Origin: Promethearchaeota archaeon
Lineage (GTDB): Archaea > Asgardarchaeota > Lokiarchaeia > Sigyniarchaeales > SOKP01
Length of the DNA stretch: 64,000 nucleotides
Direction: 5' to 3'
Assembly: GCA_029838195.1 (NCBI GenBank)
Contig: JALGVJ010000005.1
Location: 1-64,000, forward strand
Shown here in pieces: positions 9,843-19,811 of the stretch (position 1 is the stretch's first letter; each line of letters begins with the position of its first letter). The position numbers and the translations under genes were made by a program. Below the pieces are notes generated by a model that searched no databases, had not been told where the DNA came from, and saw only the letters and a program-made list of their open reading frames with translations.

Positions 9843-9962
9843 CGGACTCGGCAGGATTCGAACCTGCGACTTTCGGATGACTCCAATTTTTTATGGAAAA
9901 AAATTTTAGAAGTCCGACACCCTTTCTGGCTCATTTGAGCATCCAGGCTAGGTTACGAGTCC
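9843..9962 (-). tRNA. tRNA-Arg(UCU) with two BHB introns (17 nt in the D-loop, 9924-9940; 28 nt at 37/38, 9879-9906)
   Basis: Spliced sequence GGACTCGTAACCTAGCCTGGATAGGGTGTCGGACTTCTAATCCGAAAGTCGCAGGTTCGAATCCTGCCGAGTCCG (75 nt) forms a cloverleaf; BHB central helices CTGG/CCAG and CTTC/GGAG. Confidence 0.93.
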
Positions 9963-10207
9963 CTTTTTTCGAAGATCCTACAAATCCGCGAGATGTTTAA
10001 ATTTATGAAATGGCGGTACATTAATGAGTGGTAATTACATGAATTAAAGAATTATTTAGAAAAAAAATTTTTGGTTCCACCATTAATATCGTATTGGAAA
10101 GGTATAGAAATCTTTTTTACTATTTCCCTTCACACTTAAGCAATAAATAAAGAAAACAAGTGAAGATTACCCTTGAAGCTCATAATACGAATTAAACACC
10201 TTGCAGA

Positions 10208-11365
10208 TTATCCATCTTGAATGGTGGATTTTATGCTGGCATCTATTGCGATTAAATCTGCTTTAGGAGAATAATGCTTTACGATTCTACTATTGAGAAT
10301 TTTTTTTAAAGAACAACCATTCCGGACCAATGCTATTTTAAGATTCTCAATTGCTTCTTGAACGGAGTGAGGTCTTTCACATATTTGATAATCATGAATG
10401 ATTCCCTCCTTCTTAATTAAAAAGCACGCCACATCCATGAATTCCAAGGATTTTTCGGGTAGATTCATGAGAATGCGATCTATTTTATGATATAATGCGG
10501 TTCCGAGAGACGATTTCCTTAGAATCAATTCTTTAACGTTTAAATGATGGGGGATGACGGTTCCTTTTAAGGAATTTAATTGGATGTTTTGCTTGAGGTA
10601 ATCATGAGCAACAGGATTAATATCAAAAGCATGGATGGTTACCTCATGGTTTTTGGCTATTTGGATAGAAAACGGTCCCACGCCGGCAAAAAGATCTACA
10701 ATGAGCTCATTTCGCTTGTAAGGTAAGGAAGCAATTCGTTTACGTTCATGATTTAATCGTGGATTAAAATAGGTTTTTTTTACATCGAGTTTAAAAAAGC
10801 ACCCGTTTTCCTTATATAACGTTTCTGAGGCATCTTTTCCCAAAAGAAGATTTAAATTCCGTAATCTATAGGTTCCCTCGACCTTCCCTGCTTTTTCATA
10901 TACGGTTTCAACTTTTCCATGTTTTTGAATCAAAAATTTGGTTACTTCTTGCTTGAACCATTCTCTATCTCGAGGAGCTATGTTCTCAATGCGATCAAAT
11001 TCAATAATGATGATGCTTCCGATGATATCATACGATCTAGGAAGGGATTCCATGTACGGCACAGGAAAAACTTGTTCCATGGCTTCTTTTAACGTTCTAA
11101 ACTGGGGACGGTCAGCAAACACATTTTCTCGCTTGACCACCTGACACAGCATGGCTTTTTCCAGCTTCTGAAGAAACAGGGGTAAGACAGGCGAGTCGTT
11201 CTTAAGGGGAAATAGCAGGTGATTTTCTTCCCTCAACACCTTTCGAGTCGGATCCAAGATTGATTTTCCACGAGCATGTTGTCTCATTAACTTGAGGAAT
11301 TTTTCTCCATCCGCTTTTAAGATTTTTAAGTATGAAGATGTTTCTCTTTCTCGATTATTATTCAT
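10208..11365 (-). CDS. trm5: tRNA G37 methyltransferase, Trm5/Taw2 family
   Basis: SYDIIG, YRLR, ENGCFFKLDV, YFNPRL..ER, DLFAGVGPF, DINP, MNLP. Confidence 0.9.
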   Translation of the reverse strand: MNNNRERETSSYLKILKADGEKFLKLMRQHARGKSILDPTRKVLREENHLLFPLKNDSPVLPLFLQKLEKAMLCQVVKRENVFADRPQFRTLKEAMEQVFPVPYMESLPRSYDIIGSIIIIEFDRIENIAPRDREWFKQEVTKFLIQKHGKVETVYEKAGKVEGTYRLRNLNLLLGKDASETLYKENGCFFKLDVKKTYFNPRLNHERKRIASLPYKRNELIVDLFAGVGPFSIQIAKNHEVTIHAFDINPVAHDYLKQNIQLNSLKGTVIPHHLNVKELILRKSSLGTALYHKIDRILMNLPEKSLEFMDVACFLIKKEGIIHDYQICERPHSVQEAIENLKIALVRNGCSLKKILNSRIVKHYSPKADLIAIDASIKSTIQDG

Positions 11366-11783
11366 TAAAATCCGCTAATTCAAAAATTAAATAAAATGGT
11401 TTATTAGAGGTGGTAATTTTTTTTAATAAATCGCGATTTAGCTCCATGGAAGCTTTATCACATCGTATTAACACCGTTCTATCACAAATGTAATCACTTT
11501 TTCGAAATACCATGTCTCGCTCATTTGTCAGGGGAAGATGAGGGCTCCCATATCCATGAAAAGAATCGCTTAAATCTTCAAATTGTATGATGATTTTAAA
11601 CTTTTTACCCTTCCAAATTTCCCTTTTTAATCGCTCATTCAAGTCAGAACATGCTTTTGAAGCCTTGATACCTAAAATACAAGTTCCCTTTCGTGTCACG
11701 TAATTCGCTTTCGTGATTTCAATCGTCGTGGGATGCGTACAAAGAATATTTTTATGGCCTTGAACGCTAATTTTCTCTAACAT
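11358..11783 (-). CDS. DUF371 family protein
   Basis: GHKNILCTHPTTIEIT...GTCILGI...VFRKSDY...RT...DKAS pattern. Confidence 0.85.
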   Translation of the reverse strand: MLEKISVQGHKNILCTHPTTIEITKANYVTRKGTCILGIKASKACSDLNERLKREIWKGKKFKIIIQFEDLSDSFHGYGSPHLPLTNERDMVFRKSDYICDRTVLIRCDKASMELNRDLLKKITTSNKPFYLIFELADFNE

Positions 11784-13453
11784 GCACCTTCTGAAGAACT
11801 GCTTTTAAAAAATTCTAATATCTCTTTCAAGGTCTTAAAACTACCAAACCGAGATTTAAAATAAGATTTCATCAATAATGAAAATTTCGCTATCAAGGCG
11901 TTCTCCCCGAGTTCAATCCGCTCATTATATGCCCCATAGTACCATGATGGAATCCATAATGCTGCCTTTTCATAGCAAGCGTGAAATTGATTTAAATAAT
12001 TATTACAACTCTGAAAAAATTCAGGCTCAATTGGTACGTCTGGACTCGTCACGCTGATGAAAGATTCATGCTGCCCCAATGGAAAAGTTTCAATCAATTC
12101 CAGGGGAAGTAATCCGAAAAAATAGCTTAAAAATGCCACATGAAGTTCTTCAATCGGCACGATGGTATTATTTTTTATATCCTCAATCCCGCGTGCCAAA
12201 GCGGGTGTATTTAAAACATTCATATCCAATTCCGGCAAAATGATCAAGTATTTCACGCCGCTTGGAGGACAATAACGATGGCGCATGCGCTGCTCGTGTC
12301 GATAAAAAAGGGGACGCACTCGACTCTCCCGTGAAGTAAATAACCGTCCGTGAGGCTTGTAAATCTTTTCATGGGTCTCAAATTCTTTCGAATATTTTTT
12401 AACAACCTTGAAAGCTTTAACCAACTCGGGATGGGATCGAATGCGCGACTCCACCAGTTCCCACAAGGTTCCTTCCCGTATCGCTTGCCTTACCTTCCGC
12501 AATTCCGAAAAGGAAAGATATAAATTATGTTTCATCAGCAATTCCATCTTCTCGCCTTCCTCTGCTTGCTGAAATTCGCGCGGCACATGACTTTCGCAAA
12601 CGGGACAATGACAAGGAAATTCCACCAATTCATTTAGATCATGCGTGCCCGTATCCAGCGTGAAATACCGATTCTCCCGCGCAAATAAAAAATACGCCGC
12701 TGAATCCATCAAATCACACCCGCACGCCACCGCCAGCGAAAAAAATTGCGGTAACCCCAAACCAAACATGTGAATCGGGCGATGCGGACGCACTATCCCC
12801 TTCACCGTCAGCAATATCTCCATAACAAGATCAAATCGATAATCTAAAAATGCTTTAACCAAACCACCAATCGCATTCACGGCAAAATCCAACCTATCCA
12901 TGCGGCACGCACTCCATTTTAATAAATCTAAATAACGAGCACCATGAATCGGGCCAAACCAATGACAATTCTTGTTCTGCCTCCTCCTAATGTTCTCTTT
13001 TGCTCGTGTTATTGTTTGTTTAATTTTATTCCTTGCCACCTCTCGATCATCCTCTAACTGCACTGGCACATCTAAGATCACCCCAAAATCTACCCCAATC
13101 TGCTCCTGGAATCCCTCGATTTCCGTAGCATCAATTTTTACCTCCCTCTCATTATACATGTACTGTTGAAATGCCCCACTATCCGTGGCAATCACTCCTT
13201 TAAAATTAAAGAGTTCGTGAATGCCCCGCTTCAAGACCTCCTCCCGCCGTCCTTCCTTTTGATATAAGATATACGCATTTGTAAATAGGCACCGCGCTCC
13301 AATACGTTCTAATTCCGAAATTGGTAACGCATTTCGATAAGGATGCACCACCGGAAATAAGATCGGCGTCTCCAATACCTTGCCGTTCACCTCGAGCCTC
13401 CCCAACCTCCCCAATCCCTCCACGTCTATAACCTCAAACCTCATATCGCCCAT
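11777..13453 (-). CDS. tgtA: Archaeosine tRNA-guanine(15) transglycosylase
   Basis: GRLG, TP.LFPV, TDSGAFQ, HMFGLG, DLMDSAAY, Zn site CHCPVC...HN. Confidence 0.93.
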   Translation of the reverse strand: MGDMRFEVIDVEGLGRLGRLEVNGKVLETPILFPVVHPYRNALPISELERIGARCLFTNAYILYQKEGRREEVLKRGIHELFNFKGVIATDSGAFQQYMYNEREVKIDATEIEGFQEQIGVDFGVILDVPVQLEDDREVARNKIKQTITRAKENIRRRQNKNCHWFGPIHGARYLDLLKWSACRMDRLDFAVNAIGGLVKAFLDYRFDLVMEILLTVKGIVRPHRPIHMFGLGLPQFFSLAVACGCDLMDSAAYFLFARENRYFTLDTGTHDLNELVEFPCHCPVCESHVPREFQQAEEGEKMELLMKHNLYLSFSELRKVRQAIREGTLWELVESRIRSHPELVKAFKVVKKYSKEFETHEKIYKPHGRLFTSRESRVRPLFYRHEQRMRHRYCPPSGVKYLIILPELDMNVLNTPALARGIEDIKNNTIVPIEELHVAFLSYFFGLLPLELIETFPLGQHESFISVTSPDVPIEPEFFQSCNNYLNQFHACYEKAALWIPSWYYGAYNERIELGENALIAKFSLLMKSYFKSRFGSFKTLKEILEFFKSSSSEGAC

Positions 13454-13578
13454 TTATTTTTTCCTCCTTTTTCCCTCCCACTTTATTCCTTCTTTCCTCT
13501 TTCTTTCTGCCTTTTTTTCTTTTTATTTCAACTTTCATTCTTACCTTTACACGCTTCTGCGCCCCTTTTACTCATTCT

Positions 13579-14181
13579 TCATTGAAAAAATTCCGAAAGA
13601 CGTCCTTCCTCGTCGATCAACCCCAACCAATCGATCTTCCCCAATTCATGCTCCCGATAGTCCCGTTTTCCTTCTAAAATCTCCAATATAAGCTCAATGA
13701 GCGCCTCAACCTCCATATTACTCGTATCTATCTCCAATATCGGCACGTCCAACGCTTTTTCCAGCATGTATTGAATGCATTCTCCTAATATTTCCGCTTC
13801 CACGTTCTCCCGCACCTTTTCCTTGCCATATCCCCTTGCCTCTAACCTTCTCTTTAACTCGTCCGGATGACACCGCAAGAGGAATACCACATCAATATAT
13901 TCCTCAGGGATTATATCCGCAAAATGTCCTTCAATAATTATCCGCTTCATGCCCGCTTTTTCCGTATCCTTGATGAGCTCGACCACTCGCGGCACTAAAT
14001 GATCAAAATCGGCTATGTACGTGTCCCTATCCTCATCATACCCCTCCACCAAACCTTTTTCCATTACCAGTTCATTCAAACTAATTACTTCCGCCCCCAA
14101 ACGATCGCCTAATCTTCGCGCTACTGTCGTCTTGCCCGTACCTGGCGTTCCTGAGATTATAATGTACCGAAAATCCCCCAT
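13579..14181 (-). CDS. Adenylate kinase, AK6/Fap7 family
   Basis: ISGTPGTGKTT P-loop, EGH, RL..RGY..EKV.ENVEAE; start placed at the ATG at 14181. Confidence 0.9.
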   Translation of the reverse strand: MGDFRYIIISGTPGTGKTTVARRLGDRLGAEVISLNELVMEKGLVEGYDEDRDTYIADFDHLVPRVVELIKDTEKAGMKRIIIEGHFADIIPEEYIDVVFLLRCHPDELKRRLEARGYGKEKVRENVEAEILGECIQYMLEKALDVPILEIDTSNMEVEALIELILEILEGKRDYREHELGKIDWLGLIDEEGRLSEFFQ

Positions 14182-14518
14182 CAAATCCCTTGCCCTCCCT
14201 TCATTTAATATTTTTAAAATAATCAAAAAATAAAAATCTATTCAAAAAATTGATTTAAATGTCGATTCAAAAAATCGCTCAGCTTAAGTGTCGCAACCAG
14301 ATGTGAGAATTGTGCATTAAAAAATCACTCCTCTAAATCTACTTAATAGCCTACTTTCTTTACTTCTGCTACTTTTTTAAATTTTTCATAATCTTCACGC
14401 TCATTATTCCAGCACAATGAAAAATATAGAATCGCATAGAATATAGATAGAAAAGAGTCTCCCATTCTAATCGATAAATCAATTTCTTAGTATCATTAAA
14501 GATAAGATAAGTGAAAAA

Positions 14519-14800
14519 ATGAACGGAGAATTGTTCTCGTTAATAAGGAAGGAATTAAATTGCTCGTTAGAGGATTACATGCCCGAAAATTTTATTTAAG
14601 AATTATCTGAATCTTGGAAAGTTTCGGGATGGGTTCTAATAAAATTTCCTTGATATTATTTTAACTCCCCATAACACGCAAGAAATCTCAAAAATCTTGA
14701 AAGTGGCGAATGATATTCAAAACTATAGATGTTCTGGAATTAAGAATTAATATTTTTAAAGGTGATTTTATTTTATTTGATTTTGATTTGGTTGGAAACA
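14519..14800 (+). pseudogene. Possible degraded remnant of an FAD-binding oxidoreductase N-terminus
   Basis: From 14652 reads DIILTPHNTQEISKILKVAND, resembling the PxxVVxPxSxEEVxxILKxAN motif; flanked by stops and frameshifts. Confidence 0.35.
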
Positions 14801-15414
14801 AGATTTTCGTGAAATTTCTAAAATACGTGCCGAAAGGCAATTTTAATCAATTAAAAGCAAGATTCAAGGAAAACGGGGGAAGGATCATGAAAGGCATGGA
14901 TTCATGGCAGTGGATACTTCTTTTAGCATGTGAAAAAAAGACAAGGAATAGTAAAGAAGATCGTTCCATATTGCCTCATTTTTTTAATTTTTTTTATTAG
15001 CTAATTTCTTTCACGGTCAACGGCTCTTTAAATAGTATATTGTACTAACCTTTTTTTTCTTATATATTCCCCACTTAAAAAAAGACTCAAGACATGAAAA
15101 TATTCCAGGCTGCTTTTTTTAATATTAAGCTCCTCCAGTTCCTTTAGATCGCCGAGGAATTGCAAGTGTTCTTTATTTTAAGTTTTTCCTCATTTCCGTA
15201 ATAATTTTCTAACAATTTTTTATTTTTAAACAAAAGTTTTAATATCATTTTAGAGAGATTGAAATTTGGATTTTATGGATGAAATTACTAAATTCCCTCT
15301 CCCAAATGATTCATATTGAGGAATTTTTTCATTTAATTCATCCAATTGAAAAAAATTTGGAGGATATTTTCATGAAAGAAAAAGTAATGGTTTTGGAGTT
15401 TGATAACATGCTAG

Positions 15415-15488
15415 TGCGAAAGGGGGGCTTCGATCCCCCGACCTCCCGCTTATCAGGCGGGCGCAATACCAAGCTATGCCACTCTCGC
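15415..15488 (-). tRNA. tRNA-Ile(GAU), intronless
   Basis: GCGAGAG TG GCAT AGCTTGGTA TTGC G CCCGC CTGATAA GCGGG AGGTC GGGGG ATCGAAG CCCCC CTTTCGC A; full cloverleaf. Confidence 0.93.
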
Positions 15489-15689
15489 ACGATTTGTTTG
15501 TTTGGCACATTTATGGGAACTTTTTCCTATTGCCATCAATTTTTTATGAAAGTGAAAAAAACAATTAGTAATCATGTAAGTAAGTTAAAACTGGTTAAAA
15601 AATTTTTTGAATGAGGGAGGGTGCGGGTGAAGGAAGAAATTGACAGAGGCAACTCATGATTTAAATAGAAGTAAAATGATCTAGAATTC

Positions 15690-16115
15690 ATGCCGAAATT
15701 GGACTATTCCATCGTGGGATTGCAAGAATATTCGATTAGTTTTCAGAGGTATTGTCGTTCATGTGAGATTCAGAAATACTGCGTGTACGGGAAGGACAAG
15801 CCTTTTACGCTGGAGATTAGTTGTACGGATTTAGCACAGGCGAAGGAGCGGACGAAATTTGAGCAGTTAAAGAAGTTGCAGAGGAAGGTGAGCGTGGAAA
15901 CGAGTTATGAGGAGTTAGTGAAGAAGGTGCGGTTAAGCATGCGCGAAATTTTTTCTCAGATTTGGCGGGAGAAGGTGAAAATCAATCAGGACATCCGGTG
16001 CTTGGATTCGAGCAAGGTGGATAATATATTCGTATCGCAGCAAGGGCAGGCATGGTGGGCGGATTTCGTAGCGACAATGAAGGAAATCAATGCGGAATGC
16101 GAGAAGGTAATGTAA
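15690..16115 (+). CDS. Hypothetical Cys-containing protein (possible metal binding, CxxC...C)
   Basis: 141-aa ORF with YCRSCEIQKYC. Confidence 0.7.
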   Translation: MPKLDYSIVGLQEYSISFQRYCRSCEIQKYCVYGKDKPFTLEISCTDLAQAKERTKFEQLKKLQRKVSVETSYEELVKKVRLSMREIFSQIWREKVKINQDIRCLDSSKVDNIFVSQQGQAWWADFVATMKEINAECEKVM

Positions 16116-16572
16116 TTGCAAGGTTGTAATGATGAGGAAGCCCTAGGAATGCGAAAATGAAGGAGAAAGAATAAAGAATGCTTGGGATCCCTAGGAAATT
16201 AAAAGGATTTTTAGAGTTTTCGGGCGAAATGGATTAATTCTTAATTGGTATTTTTATTCTTGTTGTAAGGTAAATCTAGGAAAGAGGGGGGTCGTCTTAA
16301 TTTATTCAATATTTCGTGGATAGAGGATTTAATCATGAGATATTAAAGGAGAGAGGGTTTGAGGGAGGGCGGGAATGAAAGCTCACTCTAAAAATGATTT
16401 GCGAAATGCAACATCCCATTTAAATGCAAGAATTATGAAATGTAATTCAAGAGGAGAAGCGATCTTCTCTTAATTTATGGGGGGCATGTGATGTTTGAAA
16501 GGCACGCTCCCTTTAAGCTAGATCCATGATCTTTACACTAACTGGGAGATGGGAGATGGTGATGGGCGCCAT

Positions 16573-17298
16573 TTAAAAATCGGCAAAGGGTATTTTTCCT
16601 CCGAAGTGGAGCCAAGTACCATCGAAGCAGATGCGGAAGCAATGGATGGGAATTCCTTTTTTTCTTGCGGTTTTAAGGGCAGTGGCGAAAGCGTGGTCCA
16701 TTTTTTCATTGGGAGCGAAGGCTTTTGCCTTTTTGAATATGAGAAAAAGGATTATTCCCTCATGTTGGATGATTTCTCTCACATAGCAGGTTCCGCGTTG
16801 CGTGGGGGCGTCAGGAAACAAGGCGATTCCATTTTTCACGAGAGTCGCGCCTTTTACTTCGAGGGGAATGCCATCGAGGGTGAAATCGATGCGAGATCTT
16901 CCAATCGGCACTTCATATTGGATATTCTTGACGTGGGAGAATTCATGCAAGAGGAGAAAGAGATGGTGGGCGATTTTGGAGTGTTGAGCGGAGTCGATGA
17001 GGACCAATTCATTCTGGTGATGGACGGTTCTGATATAGTAGGCTAATTTCCCGGCGGAAGGCGTGAAAAGGATGCTTGCGCCGGGCGTAAGTAGTTCTTT
17101 GAGGCGGCCAGGGTCATGGACGTGAGCGGTTTCAATGCGTCCTTGATAGCGGATTTCTGCGGCAAACCTATTTAATCGCTTGAGAAAGATGCCTTTTTTT
17201 AGGGGTGGGAGGAAATAGAGAGGAACATGTTGAGCATCAGTCATAGATACAAGAAAGGAAGAGTTTCTTGCGAAATAAACTTGTTCTTCATGAATCAT
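16573..17298 (-). CDS. sfsA: SfsA family DNA/RNA nuclease
   Basis: RLNRF, AHVHDPGRLKELL.PG, SRIDF, EVKG, FPDAPT.RG. Confidence 0.9.
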   Translation of the reverse strand: MIHEEQVYFARNSSFLVSMTDAQHVPLYFLPPLKKGIFLKRLNRFAAEIRYQGRIETAHVHDPGRLKELLTPGASILFTPSAGKLAYYIRTVHHQNELVLIDSAQHSKIAHHLFLLLHEFSHVKNIQYEVPIGRSRIDFTLDGIPLEVKGATLVKNGIALFPDAPTQRGTCYVREIIQHEGIILFLIFKKAKAFAPNEKMDHAFATALKTARKKGIPIHCFRICFDGTWLHFGGKIPFADF

Positions 17299-17509
17299 GA
17301 ATTGTGAATTTTAAAGCAATCAAGGGAAGACATTACATGCTTTCATAAATTTTTAGCTGGGAACTTCGAGAAAAGAAAAAATGCAAGCGGGCATGACGTA
17401 GGGCGGTTCTTGGAATTTAAGATGTGGTTAAGGAATACAAGACAAGCTCATGGTAATTTAGATGAGGTTATGGAATATAAGATGAAAAGATAAAAAACAA
17501 GCGATCCTT

Positions 17510-17758
17510 ATGATCATGATGAGTGTTAAAGGAAACAAGGATGCTATTGAGAGTTATGGGTTTCATCACATCGATACGAGCAAGTGCAAGGCATGTACCA
17601 CGTTTGATTGTGAAAAGGCGTGTTTTCGGGGTATTTATGAAGTGATTAACAAGAAAGCCGAGCCGAAATGCGTGGTGGTGGAAGAGCGGGAAGAAATGTG
17701 CGTGAAATGCCACTTGTGCACCTCATCATGCAAGCATGAGGCGATCACGATTGATTAA
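17510..17758 (+). CDS. Small 4Fe-4S dicluster ferredoxin-like protein
   Basis: CKACTTFDCEKAC and CVKCHLCTSSCKHEAI. Confidence 0.85.
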   Translation: MIMMSVKGNKDAIESYGFHHIDTSKCKACTTFDCEKACFRGIYEVINKKAEPKCVVVEEREEMCVKCHLCTSSCKHEAITID

Positions 17759-17928
17759 CAAGTTTTTCCCGTCCGATCCCTTATTCTTTCTTTTTCTTTC
17801 TTTTTTCAAGGTTCCATGGATAATTAAAAAGTGAAGACTTATAAATCATAAATCTTTATTTATATATTATAAGTATAAATGATCATTTATTAAATGAATC
17901 CTCGCAATAGTGAGGAGGAGGGACCCTC

Positions 17929-18468
17929 TTGATATCTGAAAAGCTCAAATTGGATGATATTGATAAAAAAATAATTACATTAGTCCAACAAGACCCTTCC
18001 TTGACACACACGGAAATTGCGGAAAAAATACAGAGGTCTCAGCCCACTGTGGGCATGAGAATCAAGAAATTAGAGAAAAATGGCATACTTTACTTCCAAC
18101 CGGGGATTAATTTTAAAAAGGTGGATCTACACCTTGCTACAGTTGAAATTTCGACAAAAAATCCTCAAGAAATCATGGACATGGCGAAATTCTGTCCTTT
18201 CATGCTAAATGGGTTTCGATTAAGCGGGAAGCATAATATCTGCATTCTAGTTGCGAGCTCACGCTTGGATAAATTGGATAAAATCATAAATTATCATTTT
18301 CGCAAGAATCCTGATGTCTCAATGGTATCTATGGAAATCGTGACGGACATAGCGAAAGATTTCGTCATGCCCATTGATTTTGACAGCGAAGAGCATGAAC
18401 CAAATGAGGAAGAAGGCTGTGGGGAGAAATGTAAATATAAGCTAGCGAAAGCCAGAGGAGAGATTTGA
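17929..18468 (+). CDS. Lrp/AsnC family transcription regulator
   Basis: LDDIDKKII...EIAEKI..SQPTV..RIKKLEKNG HTH plus a RAM-like domain; SD GAGGAGG. Confidence 0.92.
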   Translation: MISEKLKLDDIDKKIITLVQQDPSLTHTEIAEKIQRSQPTVGMRIKKLEKNGILYFQPGINFKKVDLHLATVEISTKNPQEIMDMAKFCPFMLNGFRLSGKHNICILVASSRLDKLDKIINYHFRKNPDVSMVSMEIVTDIAKDFVMPIDFDSEEHEPNEEEGCGEKCKYKLAKARGEI

Positions 18469-18695
18469 ATCGAGTAATTATAATTTGAACCGTTAAAAAT
18501 TAATTGAACTCATCTAAATCATTCTATTTTTTAATTATTTTAATTAAATAAAAAGCCAAAATTTCTTATTTCTTTAATACCTCGAAAAAGAAAAGATTTA
18601 TAAAGGAACGGTCGATCAAGGTCAAAAACAAGAAGCTTTAGGCTAAGCAGGAATAATTTAGTAGTTAATAATGAGGAGGAGCGCTTTTTTTTTCA

Positions 18696-19292
18696 TTATT
18701 TCTTGTTTTCATTGGCTTCATTTTCTTCTTCGGCTTTACTAAATTTAAATTTAGAAACATTGGTTCCAAGAGTACAATTTGGACCGCAATTAGTGCTGTA
18801 TATATCGAAATTTTCGATTTGGAAATCGATGGGGAGGACAAAGTCATGAATGGATTCAATAATGATGTTAGTTTTTACGTTTATCACGTTGGGATCTTTT
18901 CTAAAGCAGAGATCAACTAACCGTTCGATTATTTGGAGGTCCGTAGCGGCGATGAAGCAGAGCAGGTTGAATTCGCCACTAATTTTAAATGCATGGTTGA
19001 TAAATGGGCAATCTTTAATTTTTTCGACGATACTATCCACATCTTTAGTAGAGATGAATACGATACTGACTTTAATATCTACTTTTTTGATGTTAAAACC
19101 TACTTGTTTAGCGAGGAGGTTTTTCCGTTCAAGCTTGATGATCCGTGCTCCGACAGCAGGTTGGGATTTTTCAATTTCTTTTGCAATATCGGAATGGGTG
19201 ATATCCGGGTTTTTCTCGATCATTTCGATGATTTTTTTATCATCATCGTCGATATTTAATAATTTATTGAAGGTTTTGTTCTTCATTTCCAT
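18696..19292 (-). CDS. Lrp/AsnC family transcription regulator (paralog, convergent)
   Basis: IDDDDKKII...DIAKEI.KSQPAVGARIIKLE; similar to 17929-18468. Confidence 0.92.
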   Translation of the reverse strand: MEMKNKTFNKLLNIDDDDKKIIEMIEKNPDITHSDIAKEIEKSQPAVGARIIKLERKNLLAKQVGFNIKKVDIKVSIVFISTKDVDSIVEKIKDCPFINHAFKISGEFNLLCFIAATDLQIIERLVDLCFRKDPNVINVKTNIIIESIHDFVLPIDFQIENFDIYSTNCGPNCTLGTNVSKFKFSKAEEENEANENKK

Positions 19293-19811
19293 TATGATAA
19301 CAACTTTAGAGTCATATAAATATTCGCATGATAAAATAATTATTAATTTTTATCATGGGACAATAATGAATAATATGTTTTAATATAATCTTTTTAATTT
19401 ATAAATTTATTTTTCTTGAAGAGGGGGAGATAAAAGGGGAATGTTTTAATGGGATAAATAGTTTTGGAGAATGGGGGAGCGGAGAGCATGGAGTGCCTTT
19501 TTTTTTAAAAAGTGAATAGAAGAGGATGTTGAGAAGGGGATAATATAGAAGAAAGGAATATTGAGGAGGGATTATACTGGTGAAGGGTAAAGTTGGGGGG
19601 CATATAGAAGAACTATGAAAATTTTGAGGACCTTTCCCTTGCGTGCAAATCTGAAAAATTTTAGGAGGAAGAAAGGAGGGTATCATGAAATTTTATTTAT
19701 TTCATGCCATATTAAAGGAATATATATATGAGAATGTCATGAATAGTAAAAACGAGATGAGTTGATTTTATTATTTCGAAGGTAGAAGGGGAATTTTTTA
19801 AGGAATTAAAC

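Noticed and set aside
15279-15614. 111-aa + strand ORF
   Set aside because: Runs antisense across the tRNA-Ile gene; no protein features
16549-17046. 165-aa + strand ORF
   Set aside because: Antisense shadow of sfsA
18850-19383. 177-aa and 108-aa + strand ORFs
   Set aside because: Antisense shadows of the Lrp gene at 18696-19292
19399-19686. Purine-rich intergenic tract and a 95-aa Pro/Ser-rich minus-strand ORF
   Set aside because: Low-complexity by-product of local skew; no repeat unit or ORB consensus recognised
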